From an uncultured Desulfobacter sp. (GTDB lineage: Bacteria; Desulfobacterota; Desulfobacteria; Desulfobacterales; Desulfobacteraceae): DNA of 64,000 nt. The notes below the pieces were generated by a model. That model saw nothing but the letters and a program-made list of their open reading frames with translations. It was not told where the DNA came from and made no database searches. The translations under genes and the position numbers were made by a program. Positions 1-9,855 of the stretch are shown one piece after another (position 1 is the first letter of the stretch; each line of letters opens with the position of its first letter). The stretch lies in the NCBI GenBank assembly GCA_963665095.1, contig OY762069.1, positions 1,888,001-1,952,000 on the forward strand, given 5' to 3'.

Positions 1-1512
1 ACAACGTTACGTGACGGGGAGCAATCCCCCGGGGCCAGTATGAACAAGGCGGAAAAACTGCGCATAGCTACCCAGCTTGAGGCCCTGGGGGTGGATGTAA
101 TTGAAGCAGGGTTCCCTGCGGCATCCGAGGGGGATTATGAGGCGGTCAAAGCCATTGCAGGCAAATTAAAAAAAGCCCAGGTGGCAGCACTTTGCCGCAC
201 TGGAAAAGAGGATATTTTAAGGGGTTGGGACGCGGTTAAGGATGCGGCCCATCCCAGGATTCACACGTTTATTGCCACCTCTGAGCTGCATATGAAATAC
301 AAACTGCAGATGGATCCGGAGGAAGTACTCAAGCAGGCCATTGATGCCGTGACGCTTGCTGCCTCGTTTACAAAAAATGTGGAGTTCTCTGCGGAAGACG
401 GCTCTCGGTCGGATAAGGATTTTTTGTGTCGCATCTTCGAGGCAGCCATTGAGGCGGGTGCCACAACCATTAACCTGCCCGATACAGTGGGATATGCCAT
501 TCCGGAGGAGTTTTCAGCGCTGGTCAGGTATGTTATGGAAAATACACCCAATATTGACAAAGCAATTCTGTCCGTACACTGCCATGACGACCTTGGCCTT
601 GCCACCTCAAATACCCTGGCCGCCATTGCATGCGGTGCCAGGCAGGTGGAAGTAACCATCAACGGCATTGGCGAACGGGCCGGCAACACCTCCATGGAAG
701 AGGTGGTCATGGCCCTGAACACCCGACCCAATTTTTTCCCCTATTACACCGGCATCGAAACTACAAGGATATATCCTACCTCCCGGCTGATATCCATGAT
801 CACAGGCATTCTGGTCCAGCCCAACAAGGCTATTGTCGGGGCCAATGCCTTTGCCCATGAAGCAGGGATTCATCAGGACGGGGTGCTTAAAAATCCCATG
901 ACCTATGAAATAATGAAACCAGAGACGGTGGGGATTTCCAAAAACAGCCTGATTTTGGGCAAACACTCCGGCCGCCATGCCCTCAACGCCCATATCCTTG
1001 AGATGGGATATAACCTGTCTGAGGATGAATTGAACACGGTGTTTAAAAAGTTCAAAAATCTGGCAGACAAGAAAAAACAGATACTTGATGAGGATATTGA
1101 GGCACTGATCAACGAAGGGGTACTCAGATCTTCGGATGTTTTCAGCCTGAAGTACATCCATGTCCTGTCCGGAAACACTGTATATCCCACAGCATCGGTG
1201 GAACTGTTGATAAACGGACGGTCGGTGCAGGGCGCCACAGAAGGATCCGGGCCCATTGATGCGGTCTACAATATTATTTCCAAGCTCACCTGCACAAAAT
1301 CTGAACTGCTTCGGTTTACCATCTCGGCGCTTACCGAGGGTACAGATGCCCAGGGCGAGGTTACGGTACGTCTCAAGGAAGGCGGCATGGTGGCCATGGG
1401 CAAGGGGGCAGATCCTGATATCATTACGGCATCAGCCCTGGCGTATATCAACGGACTGAACCGGCTTGAATACATGAAAGAGCACCCGCCTGCGGAGCCT
1501 TCTGCCATATAA
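1..1512 (+). CDS. leuA: 2-isopropylmalate synthase (5' end lies outside the window)
   Basis: The frame is open from base 1 (TTLRDGEQSPG motif). It also has HCHDD, GIGERAGN and AHEAGIHQDG motifs and a C-terminal regulatory domain (GSGPIDA). Confidence 0.96.
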   Translation, partial: TTLRDGEQSPGASMNKAEKLRIATQLEALGVDVIEAGFPAASEGDYEAVKAIAGKLKKAQVAALCRTGKEDILRGWDAVKDAAHPRIHTFIATSELHMKYKLQMDPEEVLKQAIDAVTLAASFTKNVEFSAEDGSRSDKDFLCRIFEAAIEAGATTINLPDTVGYAIPEEFSALVRYVMENTPNIDKAILSVHCHDDLGLATSNTLAAIACGARQVEVTINGIGERAGNTSMEEVVMALNTRPNFFPYYTGIETTRIYPTSRLISMITGILVQPNKAIVGANAFAHEAGIHQDGVLKNPMTYEIMKPETVGISKNSLILGKHSGRHALNAHILEMGYNLSEDELNTVFKKFKNLADKKKQILDEDIEALINEGVLRSSDVFSLKYIHVLSGNTVYPTASVELLINGRSVQGATEGSGPIDAVYNIISKLTCTKSELLRFTISALTEGTDAQGEVTVRLKEGGMVAMGKGADPDIITASALAYINGLNRLEYMKEHPPAEPSAI

Positions 1513-1519
1513 CGGTCAT

Positions 1520-1553
1520 GGAACATGCCCGGTTTTATACCCGGGCATGTTCC
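1520..1553. terminator. Hairpin between convergent genes, probable bidirectional terminator
   Basis: Perfect 13-bp inverted repeat GGAACATGCCCGG / CCGGGCATGTTCC with an 8-nt loop, lying between the two stop codons. Confidence 0.75.
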
Positions 1554-1566
1554 TTCCGTTGTCTAA

Positions 1567-3378
1567 TTATCCGGCAAAAGCATCATCCGGCATTTCCATG
1601 ACGGCTGTGACATTCCCCTGCAATGCCTCCATTTTACCCATGGTTGCAGGCAGGATCCAGTCAATGAAGAATTCGGCTGTCTTGACCTGGCCCTGATAAA
1701 AGGCCACATCTTTTTTCTTGGCACCTTCAATTTTTGGCTGAGCTGTAACGGCTCTCCACAATTCCATCCAGCCCATGCAGACATCACCGCATACGTCCAG
1801 GAAGGGCTGGGCCATGGCAAAGGCATGCAGAACGTTCTCGGACATGGCGGTCATGCCCATATGCATGGCAATTTCCCCAAGTTTATTTACAGCCTTTTCC
1901 ACTTTGGCTGCCATGGGAGCCAGGGCTTCGATCTCTTTACCTGCAGCGATAATGGCATTCATTTCACCAAGAAGATCCATAAAAGGTTTGCCCTTCTTCA
2001 GCCCCAGTTTTCTACCCAGAAGATCCATGGCCTGAATACCGTTTGTCCCTTCGTAGATGGCTGTAATTTTGCAGTCCCTGAGCAACTGCTCCTGGGGATA
2101 TTCCTTAATAAAACCGTAACCACCATAAATCTGAATGCCATGGGAACATACTTCAAAGGCACGGTCGGTATTGTAGGCTTTTGTGATGGGGGTAAGCAAT
2201 TCAATCAGGCCCTGCCATTTTTCGGCTTCTTCCGGAGATGCAGCCGTTTTAACGCGGTCAAAGCAGAGAGCGGTGTAATACAGCAGGCTGCGCATACCAT
2301 CCACATAGGCTTTCATGGTGAGCAACTGTCTTTTAACATCCGGATGGTTGATGATGGCAACTGGTTTGGGCTCTGCATCAAACATTTTGGTCAGATCCAC
2401 GCCCTGGACTCTTTCTTTGGCATAGTTGACTGCATTGATATAGGAGGCGGATGCAAAGGCAAATCCCTGCATGGCCACACCAAGACGGGCTTCGTTCATC
2501 ATAACGAACATGGCCCTCATGCCTTTGTTTTCATCACCGATCAGTTCTCCGATGCAATTCCCTTTTGATCCGAATGCAAGGGCGGCTGTGGCATTACCAT
2601 GGATACCCATTTTTTCTTCAAGACCTGTGCAGACAACATCATTGAACTCACCGGGAGAACCGTCTTCGTTGATTCTGTATTTGGGAACCAGAAACAGGGA
2701 GATGCCTTTTGTGCCTGCAGGAGCGCCTTCAATTCTGGCAAGAACCGGATGGATAATGTTTTCAGTCAGGTCCTGGTCACCACCGGAGATAAAAATTTTG
2801 TTGCCGGTGATGGTGTATGTGCCGTCTTCATTTTTAACGGCGGTGGTGGTTAAATTTCCTACATCTGAGCCTGCTTCAGGCTCTGTAAGACACATGGTTC
2901 CACCCCATTTGGCAGTATACAGATTTTTAAGATATTTCTTTTTCTGCTCTTCTGTGCCGAATTCTTCAACAATTTTGCCCGCTCCGTGGGTCAAGCCCGG
3001 GTACATAAGAAAGGCGCAGTTCGCACCGGTGAAAAGCTCTCCGGCTGCGTTGGCAAGGACCCTTGGCATGCCCTGGCCGCCGTATTCAGGTTCATCGGTC
3101 ATGGCAACCCATTCACCTTCACGAAACAGGTCAAAAATTCTGTGAAAACTCTCAGGAACCGTTACTTTGCCGTTCTCAAGCACACAGCCGGCTTCATCGC
3201 CTTCCTTATTGGTGGGAAGAATCTCTTTGACTGCCAGATTCCTTGCCTCTTTGAGCACCATGTCCATGGTTTTTTTGTTAAAATCTGCAAAAATTTCGTT
3301 TTCAGCAAGGTCAGCTGCTGAAAGCATTTCATGAAGTACAAATTCCTGGTCACGCCTGTCTGCAATGAATTGCGCCAT
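1567..3378 (-). CDS. Acyl-CoA dehydrogenase (long, about 600 aa type)
   Basis: GTMCLTEPEAGSD, GNKIFISGG, EEKMGIHG, GGYGF and IYEGTNGIQAMDL motifs. Confidence 0.93.
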   Translation of the reverse strand: MAQFIADRRDQEFVLHEMLSAADLAENEIFADFNKKTMDMVLKEARNLAVKEILPTNKEGDEAGCVLENGKVTVPESFHRIFDLFREGEWVAMTDEPEYGGQGMPRVLANAAGELFTGANCAFLMYPGLTHGAGKIVEEFGTEEQKKKYLKNLYTAKWGGTMCLTEPEAGSDVGNLTTTAVKNEDGTYTITGNKIFISGGDQDLTENIIHPVLARIEGAPAGTKGISLFLVPKYRINEDGSPGEFNDVVCTGLEEKMGIHGNATAALAFGSKGNCIGELIGDENKGMRAMFVMMNEARLGVAMQGFAFASASYINAVNYAKERVQGVDLTKMFDAEPKPVAIINHPDVKRQLLTMKAYVDGMRSLLYYTALCFDRVKTAASPEEAEKWQGLIELLTPITKAYNTDRAFEVCSHGIQIYGGYGFIKEYPQEQLLRDCKITAIYEGTNGIQAMDLLGRKLGLKKGKPFMDLLGEMNAIIAAGKEIEALAPMAAKVEKAVNKLGEIAMHMGMTAMSENVLHAFAMAQPFLDVCGDVCMGWMELWRAVTAQPKIEGAKKKDVAFYQGQVKTAEFFIDWILPATMGKMEALQGNVTAVMEMPDDAFAG

Positions 3379-3406
3379 AATGGATGTCTCCTTTGGTTGT
3401 GCAAAT

Positions 3407-4054
3407 TTAGTTGGGGGTATTTATGATACCGTTGGTAAACATGTCAAAAATCATTGACAGCCTTTGGTCTGTCTGCGCATCGTCTTCATCCCTGAACAGG
3501 GAGTTCCAGGCGGCAGAATGAACGATGTCGGCGTATAGTTTGGCCATCTCCTTTGCCGGAAATGATCTGAATTCCCCGGCTGCAATGCCTTGCTCAAAAA
3601 GATCCTGAAACAGGTCAACCATTTTTTCGTGAAAACTGTTCAGCTTCTGATTCAGCTTGGGCAGTGTCACAGCATCCATTGTGGCCCGTTCAGAAATGTA
3701 AATCTTCACCACCTCCTGATTGGCTTTATAAAAGTCGGCCTGGGCTTTGAGACAGCTTTTAAGCTTCTCCCCCAGACTTAATGCCGGATCCTTGCGGATG
3801 CCGGCTAAAACAACACCTAATTCCCTTACCCGGTTGATCACCAGATCGTGATACATTTCCTTTTTGCCTGGAAAATACTTATAAATGGTGCCCAAGGGGT
3901 ATTGTGAGACCTTTGAAATCTGTGCCATGGTGGTACTGTGAAATCCCCGGGCAGCAAATATCTCAAGGGCTGCCGTAAGGATTTCCTTTTTTTTTCTCCG
4001 GTCATCCCGCTCCCTGCGGGTCATGGTATGTCGTTTTTGTCCATTTGTTTCCAT
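3407..4054 (-). CDS. TetR/AcrR family transcriptional regulator
   Basis: N-terminal HTH (ILTAALEIFAARGFHSTT...GTIYKYF); co-oriented directly upstream of the acyl-CoA dehydrogenase. Confidence 0.9.
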   Translation of the reverse strand: METNGQKRHTMTRRERDDRRKKKEILTAALEIFAARGFHSTTMAQISKVSQYPLGTIYKYFPGKKEMYHDLVINRVRELGVVLAGIRKDPALSLGEKLKSCLKAQADFYKANQEVVKIYISERATMDAVTLPKLNQKLNSFHEKMVDLFQDLFEQGIAAGEFRSFPAKEMAKLYADIVHSAAWNSLFRDEDDAQTDQRLSMIFDMFTNGIINTPN

Positions 4055-4075
4055 AAGTTAAGCCACTATTTCAAA

Positions 4076-4118
4076 TATAGAACAGATATTCTATAAATAG
4101 AAGATTAGTTATTGTCAA
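4076..4118 (-). promoter_or_regulatory. Putative sigma70 promoter of tetR overlapped by a palindromic operator
   Basis: Minus-strand TTGACA (4118-4113), 17 bp, TATAGA. The palindrome TATAGAA-N6-TTCTATA (4076-4095) overlaps the -10 box. Confidence 0.5.
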
Positions 4119-4221
4119 CTAAAATATGAATTTTCGTTGACATAACTCCAACGGCAGATTAAGTAGAAAAGCAATTGTTCGTCTATTTCATTTTATAAAC
4201 CTGTTTCAATGGAGAAAAGTT

Positions 4222-4671
4222 ATGAAGAGAAATTTGTGCCTCCTGGTTCCAGCCCTTGTTTTTACACTGCTTTTCGCAAGTCTTACTTTTGCACAGGCCC
4301 CGATTGTTGGCAAATGGAAAACCATTGACGATGAAACCAATGAAGCAAAATCCATTGTGGAAATTTTTGAAAAAGACGGCAAGTATTACGGCAAAATTAT
4401 TAAACTGTTTCTCAAGGAATCTGATAACCAGAATCCCACCTGTGACAAATGCCCGGACGCAGATGACAGAAAAGACCAGCCCACTTTAGGCATGGAAATT
4501 ATCAGAGATCTGGTTGAAAAGGACGGAAAGTTCACGGATGGCAAAATTCTGGATCCCAAAAAAGGGAAAGAATATAAATGCGCTTTGTGGGTGGACAAGG
4601 ATAAAACCCTTAAAGTTAAAGGCAGTTTTCTTTTTATATCAAGGACCCAGACCTGGCACCGGGTTGAATAA
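4222..4671 (+). CDS. Exported DUF2147 family protein
   Basis: Signal peptide (TFA|Q); GKWKTIDD, CDKC, GKILDP...GKEY and RTQTWHR motifs; RBS GGAG. Confidence 0.82.
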   Translation: MKRNLCLLVPALVFTLLFASLTFAQAPIVGKWKTIDDETNEAKSIVEIFEKDGKYYGKIIKLFLKESDNQNPTCDKCPDADDRKDQPTLGMEIIRDLVEKDGKFTDGKILDPKKGKEYKCALWVDKDKTLKVKGSFLFISRTQTWHRVE

Positions 4672-4774
4672 GACCTGTTCGGCCAGCCCGTTTTAATATA
4701 TCGGGGAACATATCCGGCAGAAATCCTGGTTCCCCATACCATAAAGACGGCTTCAGTTGTTACAAAACTTACAT

Positions 4775-4821
4775 CACCGCTTTTATGCAGGAACGCCTGG
4801 CACATAAAAGCGGTGTTTTTA
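4775..4821 (+). terminator. Intrinsic terminator
   Basis: 13-bp stem CACCGCTTTTATG / CATAAAAGCGGTG followed by TTTTT. Confidence 0.65.
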
Positions 4822-4827
4822 TTAAAT

Positions 4828-4909
4828 AGTGTTTGAACGGCTCGAAGAGGGGCGCATGCCCCTCTTCGAGCCGTCCAAACACCAAACACGGGGTTTTCGT
4901 TCAAACACT
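4828..4909. mobile_element. MITE-like palindromic element (about 82 bp)
   Basis: Terminal inverted repeats AGTGTTTGAACG / CGTTCAAACACT flanked by AAAT on both sides (or TA if the ends are drawn 1 bp inward). Internal 24/25-bp hairpin at 4829-4882. Confidence 0.6.
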
Positions 4910-4938
4910 AAATGCAATTTGGGGATAGATATACCGAT

Positions 4939-6081
4939 ATGGATGCTAAAATTATTAATTACATCAAACAAAACAAAGCGCGTCTTTTTCAATTACTTGA
5001 GGAGCTGGTGCTTATTCAAAGTTTTTCCAGAAATAAAAAGGGCGTGGATCAGGTGGGCCTGCGAATTGCTCAAGAATTTGACGGGACCGGATTTAACTGC
5101 GCATTCATAAATAATGACACTTTGGGCAACAACCTTGTGGTCCGTTCCCCCTGCAAAGCACAAAACAAAAATCAGATTCTGGTCACCGGCCATATGGACA
5201 CGGTCTTCCCTCCGGACTCAGCTTTTAACTGGTATAAGGAAAGCAAGTCCCGTTGTTTCGGGCCCGGGGTGGCAGATATGAAAGGCGGACTTGTGGTGGG
5301 TATTTTTGCCATCAAGGCCCTGATCCATGCACAACGGATGAGAAATATCCCCCTGACGTTTATATTCAACAGCGACGAGGAGATCGGCTCTCCGGACTCA
5401 CGGGATCTGATTGCTGAAGAAGCAGCCAGATCACGCCTGGCCTATGTACTTGAAGCCGGCGGACTTTCCAATGACATTGTAACTGGTCGTAAGGGTAGTT
5501 TGCGTATGCAACTGTCCATCACCGGCAAGGCCGGACATGCGGCATTTGCCGGGACAGACAAAGCCAGTGCCATACATGAGTTGGCCCATAAAATCTGTGC
5601 CGTAGAGGCTATGAACGTGCCGGAACAAGGGATGTCCGCCAATGTAGGCGTTATCAGGGGCGGTATCGGAGCCAATACTGTGCCGGATCAGGCCTTTGCC
5701 GAGCTGGATTTCAGATTTTTGTCACCTGATCAGTCATCACTTATCCGTTCCCGGATGGATGAATTGACAAAACAGTCCATCATTCCGGGAACTACGACTA
5801 GGGCTGCAACGCTTTCAGGACGCCCCCCCATGCCGCAAACTCAAGCAGGCCAGGAACTGTTTGAGCGGATCCAAAGCCTGTCCCATGAACTGGGTACGCC
5901 TGTGGTTCAGGAGCTTCGCCAGGGCGTATCTGATGCCAACATCATAGCCTCCGTGGGCACGCCTGTAATTGACGGTCTTGGGCCTGTGGGGGCAAAAGAT
6001 CACAGCGAGGATGAATATATTGAAAAGGCCAGTTTATGGGAGCGGTGTATTCTCTTCGCCCATATCCTGGCCGAAATATAA
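4939..6081 (+). CDS. M20 family metallopeptidase (glutamate carboxypeptidase-like)
   Basis: GHMDTV, GPGVADMKGG, DEEIGS, GHAA, SDAN and DGLGP..HS..EYI motifs. Alternative start at 4912. Confidence 0.88.
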   Translation: MDAKIINYIKQNKARLFQLLEELVLIQSFSRNKKGVDQVGLRIAQEFDGTGFNCAFINNDTLGNNLVVRSPCKAQNKNQILVTGHMDTVFPPDSAFNWYKESKSRCFGPGVADMKGGLVVGIFAIKALIHAQRMRNIPLTFIFNSDEEIGSPDSRDLIAEEAARSRLAYVLEAGGLSNDIVTGRKGSLRMQLSITGKAGHAAFAGTDKASAIHELAHKICAVEAMNVPEQGMSANVGVIRGGIGANTVPDQAFAELDFRFLSPDQSSLIRSRMDELTKQSIIPGTTTRAATLSGRPPMPQTQAGQELFERIQSLSHELGTPVVQELRQGVSDANIIASVGTPVIDGLGPVGAKDHSEDEYIEKASLWERCILFAHILAEI

Positions 6082-6086
6082 AGCCA

Positions 6087-7889
6087 CTAATCGGTCTTGA
6101 GTACTGACAAAAATGCAGACTGGGGGATCTCCACAGATCCAACCATTTTCATCCGCTTTTTTCCTTTTTTCTGCTTTTCCAAAAGCTTGCGCTTTCTTGA
6201 AATATCTCCGCCGTAACACTTGGCCGTGACGTCTTTGCGATAGGCTGAAATGGTCTCCCTGGAAATAATTTTCCCGCCAATGGCACCCTGAATGGGAATT
6301 TTAAACTGCTGTCTGGGAATCTCTTCTCTAAGTTTTTTGCAGGCGGCCCGGGCCTTGGCCTCGGCCTTGTCCCTGTGAATGAGCATGGACAGGGCATCCA
6401 CCCGTTCACCATTAATCAGAAAATCAAGTCTCACAAGATCTGTTTCCTGGTAACCGGCAATATCGTAATCAAAAGAGCCGTATCCCTGGGTGACACTTTT
6501 CAGCCGGTCATAAAATTCATAGACCACCTCGGCCAGTGGCAGGGTAAACTTCATCTCCATGCGGTTGGCGGTCAGATACTGATAATTGGTACTCACCCCC
6601 CTGAACTCATGGCACACCTGCATGACATTGCCCATGTATTTATCCGGGACAATAATAGATGCGTTGATAACAGGTTCCCTGACACATGTGATTTCTGTGG
6701 GATCGGGATACTCAGTGGGGTTATCAATAATTTTAACTTCTCCCGAGGAATAGGTGATTTCATACTGGACCGAGGGGGAAGTCAAAATAAGGGAAATATC
6801 ATATTCACGCTCCAGACGCTCCTGAACCACCTCTAAATGAAGAAGGCCTAGAAATCCGCACCGGTAACCAAACCCCAGCGCAGCAGACGCATCTTTTTCA
6901 TAAATCAGGGAGGCATCGTTAAGTTTAAGCTTCTCCAATGCCTCGGTCAGCTCTTCGTAATCATCGGATGCCACGGGGTACATGGAGGAAAAAACCACAG
7001 GCGTGGGCTCCCTGAAACCACCTAATGCCTTGGCACATGGGTTGCCTGGCATAGTAACCGTATCTCCGGTCTTAACATCAGAGATCACCTTGATCCCGGC
7101 AATGAAGTATCCCACCTGACCGGCTTCAAGGCTTTGCTGGGGATTGCGTTTAATCTGGAACAGCCCCACCTCTTCCACCTTGTATGTCGCGCTGTTGGAC
7201 ATAAACTGGATGCGGTCCCCTTTTTGAATGCTGCCTTCAAAAATACGGAAATGTACGATCACACCTCTGAAGGCATCATAGTGGGAATCAAAGATAAGCG
7301 CTTTAAAGGAGCCTGTATTCTCCACAACCGGGGCTGGTATCCGGTCAACAATCGCCTGAAAAATTTTTTCAACCCCTGTTCCCACTTTTGCGGATACCAG
7401 AAGGGCCTGTTCACTGTCCAGTCCAAGATCTTCTTCTATCTGGTCTTTAACCCACTCAATTTCTGCAGAGGGTAAATCTATCTTGTTAATAACTGGCAGC
7501 ACCTCAAGGTCATGCTCCATGGCAAGATATAGATTGGCAAGGGTCTGGGCCTCAACGCCCTGGGATGCATCTGCCAGGATCAGTGCACCCTCACAGGACG
7601 CAAGCGCCCTGGACACCTCGTAGGAAAAATCCACGTGACCGGGGGTATCAATAAGATTTAGCAGGTAGTGCTGTCCGTCCTCACCGGTGTAAGGCAGGGA
7701 CACTGTCTGGGACTTGATGGTAATTCCGCGCTCCCGTTCGATATCCATGGAATCCAGAATCTGATCTTTCATGTCCCGCTCATCAATAATACCTGACAAC
7801 TGGATCAGCCGGTCCGACAGTGTTGATTTACCATGGTCAATATGGGCAATAATGGAAAAATTCCTGATAAATGAAGGTTTGAGTTTCAA
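6087..7889 (-). CDS. lepA: Elongation factor 4 (LepA)
   Basis: IRNFSIIAHIDHGKSTL, ERERGITIK, DTPGH and KCYGGDISRKRKLLEKQK motifs. Confidence 0.98.
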   Translation of the reverse strand: MKLKPSFIRNFSIIAHIDHGKSTLSDRLIQLSGIIDERDMKDQILDSMDIERERGITIKSQTVSLPYTGEDGQHYLLNLIDTPGHVDFSYEVSRALASCEGALILADASQGVEAQTLANLYLAMEHDLEVLPVINKIDLPSAEIEWVKDQIEEDLGLDSEQALLVSAKVGTGVEKIFQAIVDRIPAPVVENTGSFKALIFDSHYDAFRGVIVHFRIFEGSIQKGDRIQFMSNSATYKVEEVGLFQIKRNPQQSLEAGQVGYFIAGIKVISDVKTGDTVTMPGNPCAKALGGFREPTPVVFSSMYPVASDDYEELTEALEKLKLNDASLIYEKDASAALGFGYRCGFLGLLHLEVVQERLEREYDISLILTSPSVQYEITYSSGEVKIIDNPTEYPDPTEITCVREPVINASIIVPDKYMGNVMQVCHEFRGVSTNYQYLTANRMEMKFTLPLAEVVYEFYDRLKSVTQGYGSFDYDIAGYQETDLVRLDFLINGERVDALSMLIHRDKAEAKARAACKKLREEIPRQQFKIPIQGAIGGKIISRETISAYRKDVTAKCYGGDISRKRKLLEKQKKGKKRMKMVGSVEIPQSAFLSVLKTD

Positions 7890-8010
7890 TTAGGCTCCAA
7901 ACTAAGAGTTGACAAAAAGGCTCTAAATTTATAAGGATACACATTTACCAATTGTTGCTTAAAGTGTCAAGAAAAGCCGCCGGTCAAGGCCCATACGTTC
8001 GGAGAAATAC

Positions 8011-8931
8011 ATGGCCCACGCCATTCTCATTGTTGATGATGACATTGCGATCAAGGAATCTGTCGAAGAATATCTCACACTGATGGATTACAACGTCAGA
8101 AGTGCAGAAAATGCTGCACAGGCTTTGGAGATTCTCAAAGTGTTCCAGCCAGATGTGGTGCTGACTGATATCATGATGCATGGCATGGACGGCCTTGAGT
8201 TGACCCGCCTGATTAAGGCAGAGCTCGACGTGGATGTCATGGTCATGACCGGGTATTCTGCAGATTATTCCTATGAAGAGGCCATTAATGCCGGGGCCAG
8301 TGATTTTATTTTCAAGCCCTTCCGGTTTGAGGAACTTGACTTACGAATCAAGCGGATGCTCAGAGAGGCTGCTTTTAAACGGGAACGGGATAAGCTGCTG
8401 GAGAAGATGAAACAGCTGGCCATCACAGACGGACTCACCGGGCTTTACAATTCCCGGCACTTTTTCCACGAACTCAAACAGGAAGTTAAGAGGTTTCAGC
8501 GATACTCCCGAGCATTATCTCTTCTTATCCTGGATATCGACTTTTTTAAAAAATACAATGACTCCTGGGGACACCTGGAAGGGGACAAGGTGCTGATGAG
8601 CATGGGTATGCTCATATCCTCCTGCCTGCGCAGTATGGATACAGCCTATCGATACGGTGGAGAAGAATTCGCGGTTCTGTTACCGGAAACTCATATAGAT
8701 GATGCCTGCCTTGTCGGCAATCGCATCAGGGAAAGTATTACAAAAGCCGTCTTTACACCGGACAAAGGTGTAAAGACTTCTGTGACCGTGAGTATTGGTG
8801 CCGGAGAACTGCAGAAGGGTGAAGATTTTTCATCATTTATTAAACGCACGGACAAGGCGTTATACCTCTCAAAGGAGAATGGCCGTAACCGGCTCACGGC
8901 AGCGCCCCTGAAGCCATCCCCATTACCATAA
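8011..8931 (+). CDS. Response regulator diguanylate cyclase (REC-GGDEF)
   Basis: REC domain (VDDD, acceptor Asp in LTDIMM, KPF); DGLTGLYN, DIDFFK, I-site RSMD and an intact GGEEF. Confidence 0.93.
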   Translation: MAHAILIVDDDIAIKESVEEYLTLMDYNVRSAENAAQALEILKVFQPDVVLTDIMMHGMDGLELTRLIKAELDVDVMVMTGYSADYSYEEAINAGASDFIFKPFRFEELDLRIKRMLREAAFKRERDKLLEKMKQLAITDGLTGLYNSRHFFHELKQEVKRFQRYSRALSLLILDIDFFKKYNDSWGHLEGDKVLMSMGMLISSCLRSMDTAYRYGGEEFAVLLPETHIDDACLVGNRIRESITKAVFTPDKGVKTSVTVSIGAGELQKGEDFSSFIKRTDKALYLSKENGRNRLTAAPLKPSPLP

Positions 8932-8988
8932 TCGCATTCTTACTCATCTTTCAGGTCAAAGCGTTCCCGCCCTGCAAAAGATATCCGA

Positions 8989-9831
8989 TTACTCTGTTCC
9001 TTCATCCGGAGAAATACGCATGCTTAAATCCACGGATACCGCATGATGCGTTAATGCGCCGCAGGAGATAATATCCACACCGGTTTTGGCAATGGCGTGT
9101 AATGTATCGAGGGACACATTGCCCGAGGCTTCCACCACCGCTTTTTTTCCAATGACATTCACTGCCTGGGCCATGGCATCAAGCCCCATATTATCAAGCA
9201 TAATCACATCTGCTCCGGCATCTAATGCCTGCTGCACCTGGGCCAGATCTGACACCTCCACTTCAATTTTCATTAAATGCGGGGTGCGATCCCGGACCAT
9301 GGAGACAGCCTTTTTGATTGAGCCGGCCGCTGCGATGTGATTATCCTTTATCAGAATACCGTCGTACAGGGCAAACCGGTGATTAAAGCCCCCCCCTGCC
9401 CTGACTGCATCTTTTTCAAGTTTTCTCCATCCGGGCGTGGTTTTGCGGGTGTCCACCAGCCTGACGCCGGAAGTATTCAGGGTATGCACAAATTGCCGGG
9501 TCAGGGTGGCAATCCCGGACAGGCGCTGCAAAAAATTCAAGGCCACGCGTTCGGCCACCAGCATGGATCTGGTATCACCGTCAATGGAGACAATGACATC
9601 ACCCTTCTGGATGCTGTCGCCGTCGCTGAAGTGCAAAAGGGTTTCCATTGCCGGATCAACAGTATGAAAAACCTGCCTGGCCACGCTCAGACCTGCCACT
9701 ATGCAGTCCTGTTTTGCAATGATCTTACCCTTTCCCTTTTGAGGATGGGGCAAAATACTTTGCGTGGTAATATCCCCTAAGCCTGTATCTTCAAACAGAG
9801 CCAGCCTGATTATCTGATCAACCAGATCCAT
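8989..9831 (-). CDS. nadC: Nicotinate-nucleotide pyrophosphorylase (quinolinate phosphoribosyltransferase)
   Basis: ERVALNFLQRLSGIAT, DTRKTTPG, LIKDNH, IMLDNM and EASG motifs. Confidence 0.97.
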   Translation of the reverse strand: MDLVDQIIRLALFEDTGLGDITTQSILPHPQKGKGKIIAKQDCIVAGLSVARQVFHTVDPAMETLLHFSDGDSIQKGDVIVSIDGDTRSMLVAERVALNFLQRLSGIATLTRQFVHTLNTSGVRLVDTRKTTPGWRKLEKDAVRAGGGFNHRFALYDGILIKDNHIAAAGSIKKAVSMVRDRTPHLMKIEVEVSDLAQVQQALDAGADVIMLDNMGLDAMAQAVNVIGKKAVVEASGNVSLDTLHAIAKTGVDIISCGALTHHAVSVDLSMRISPDEGTE

Positions 9832-9855
9832 TGTGTTTATCCTTTGATACCGCCA

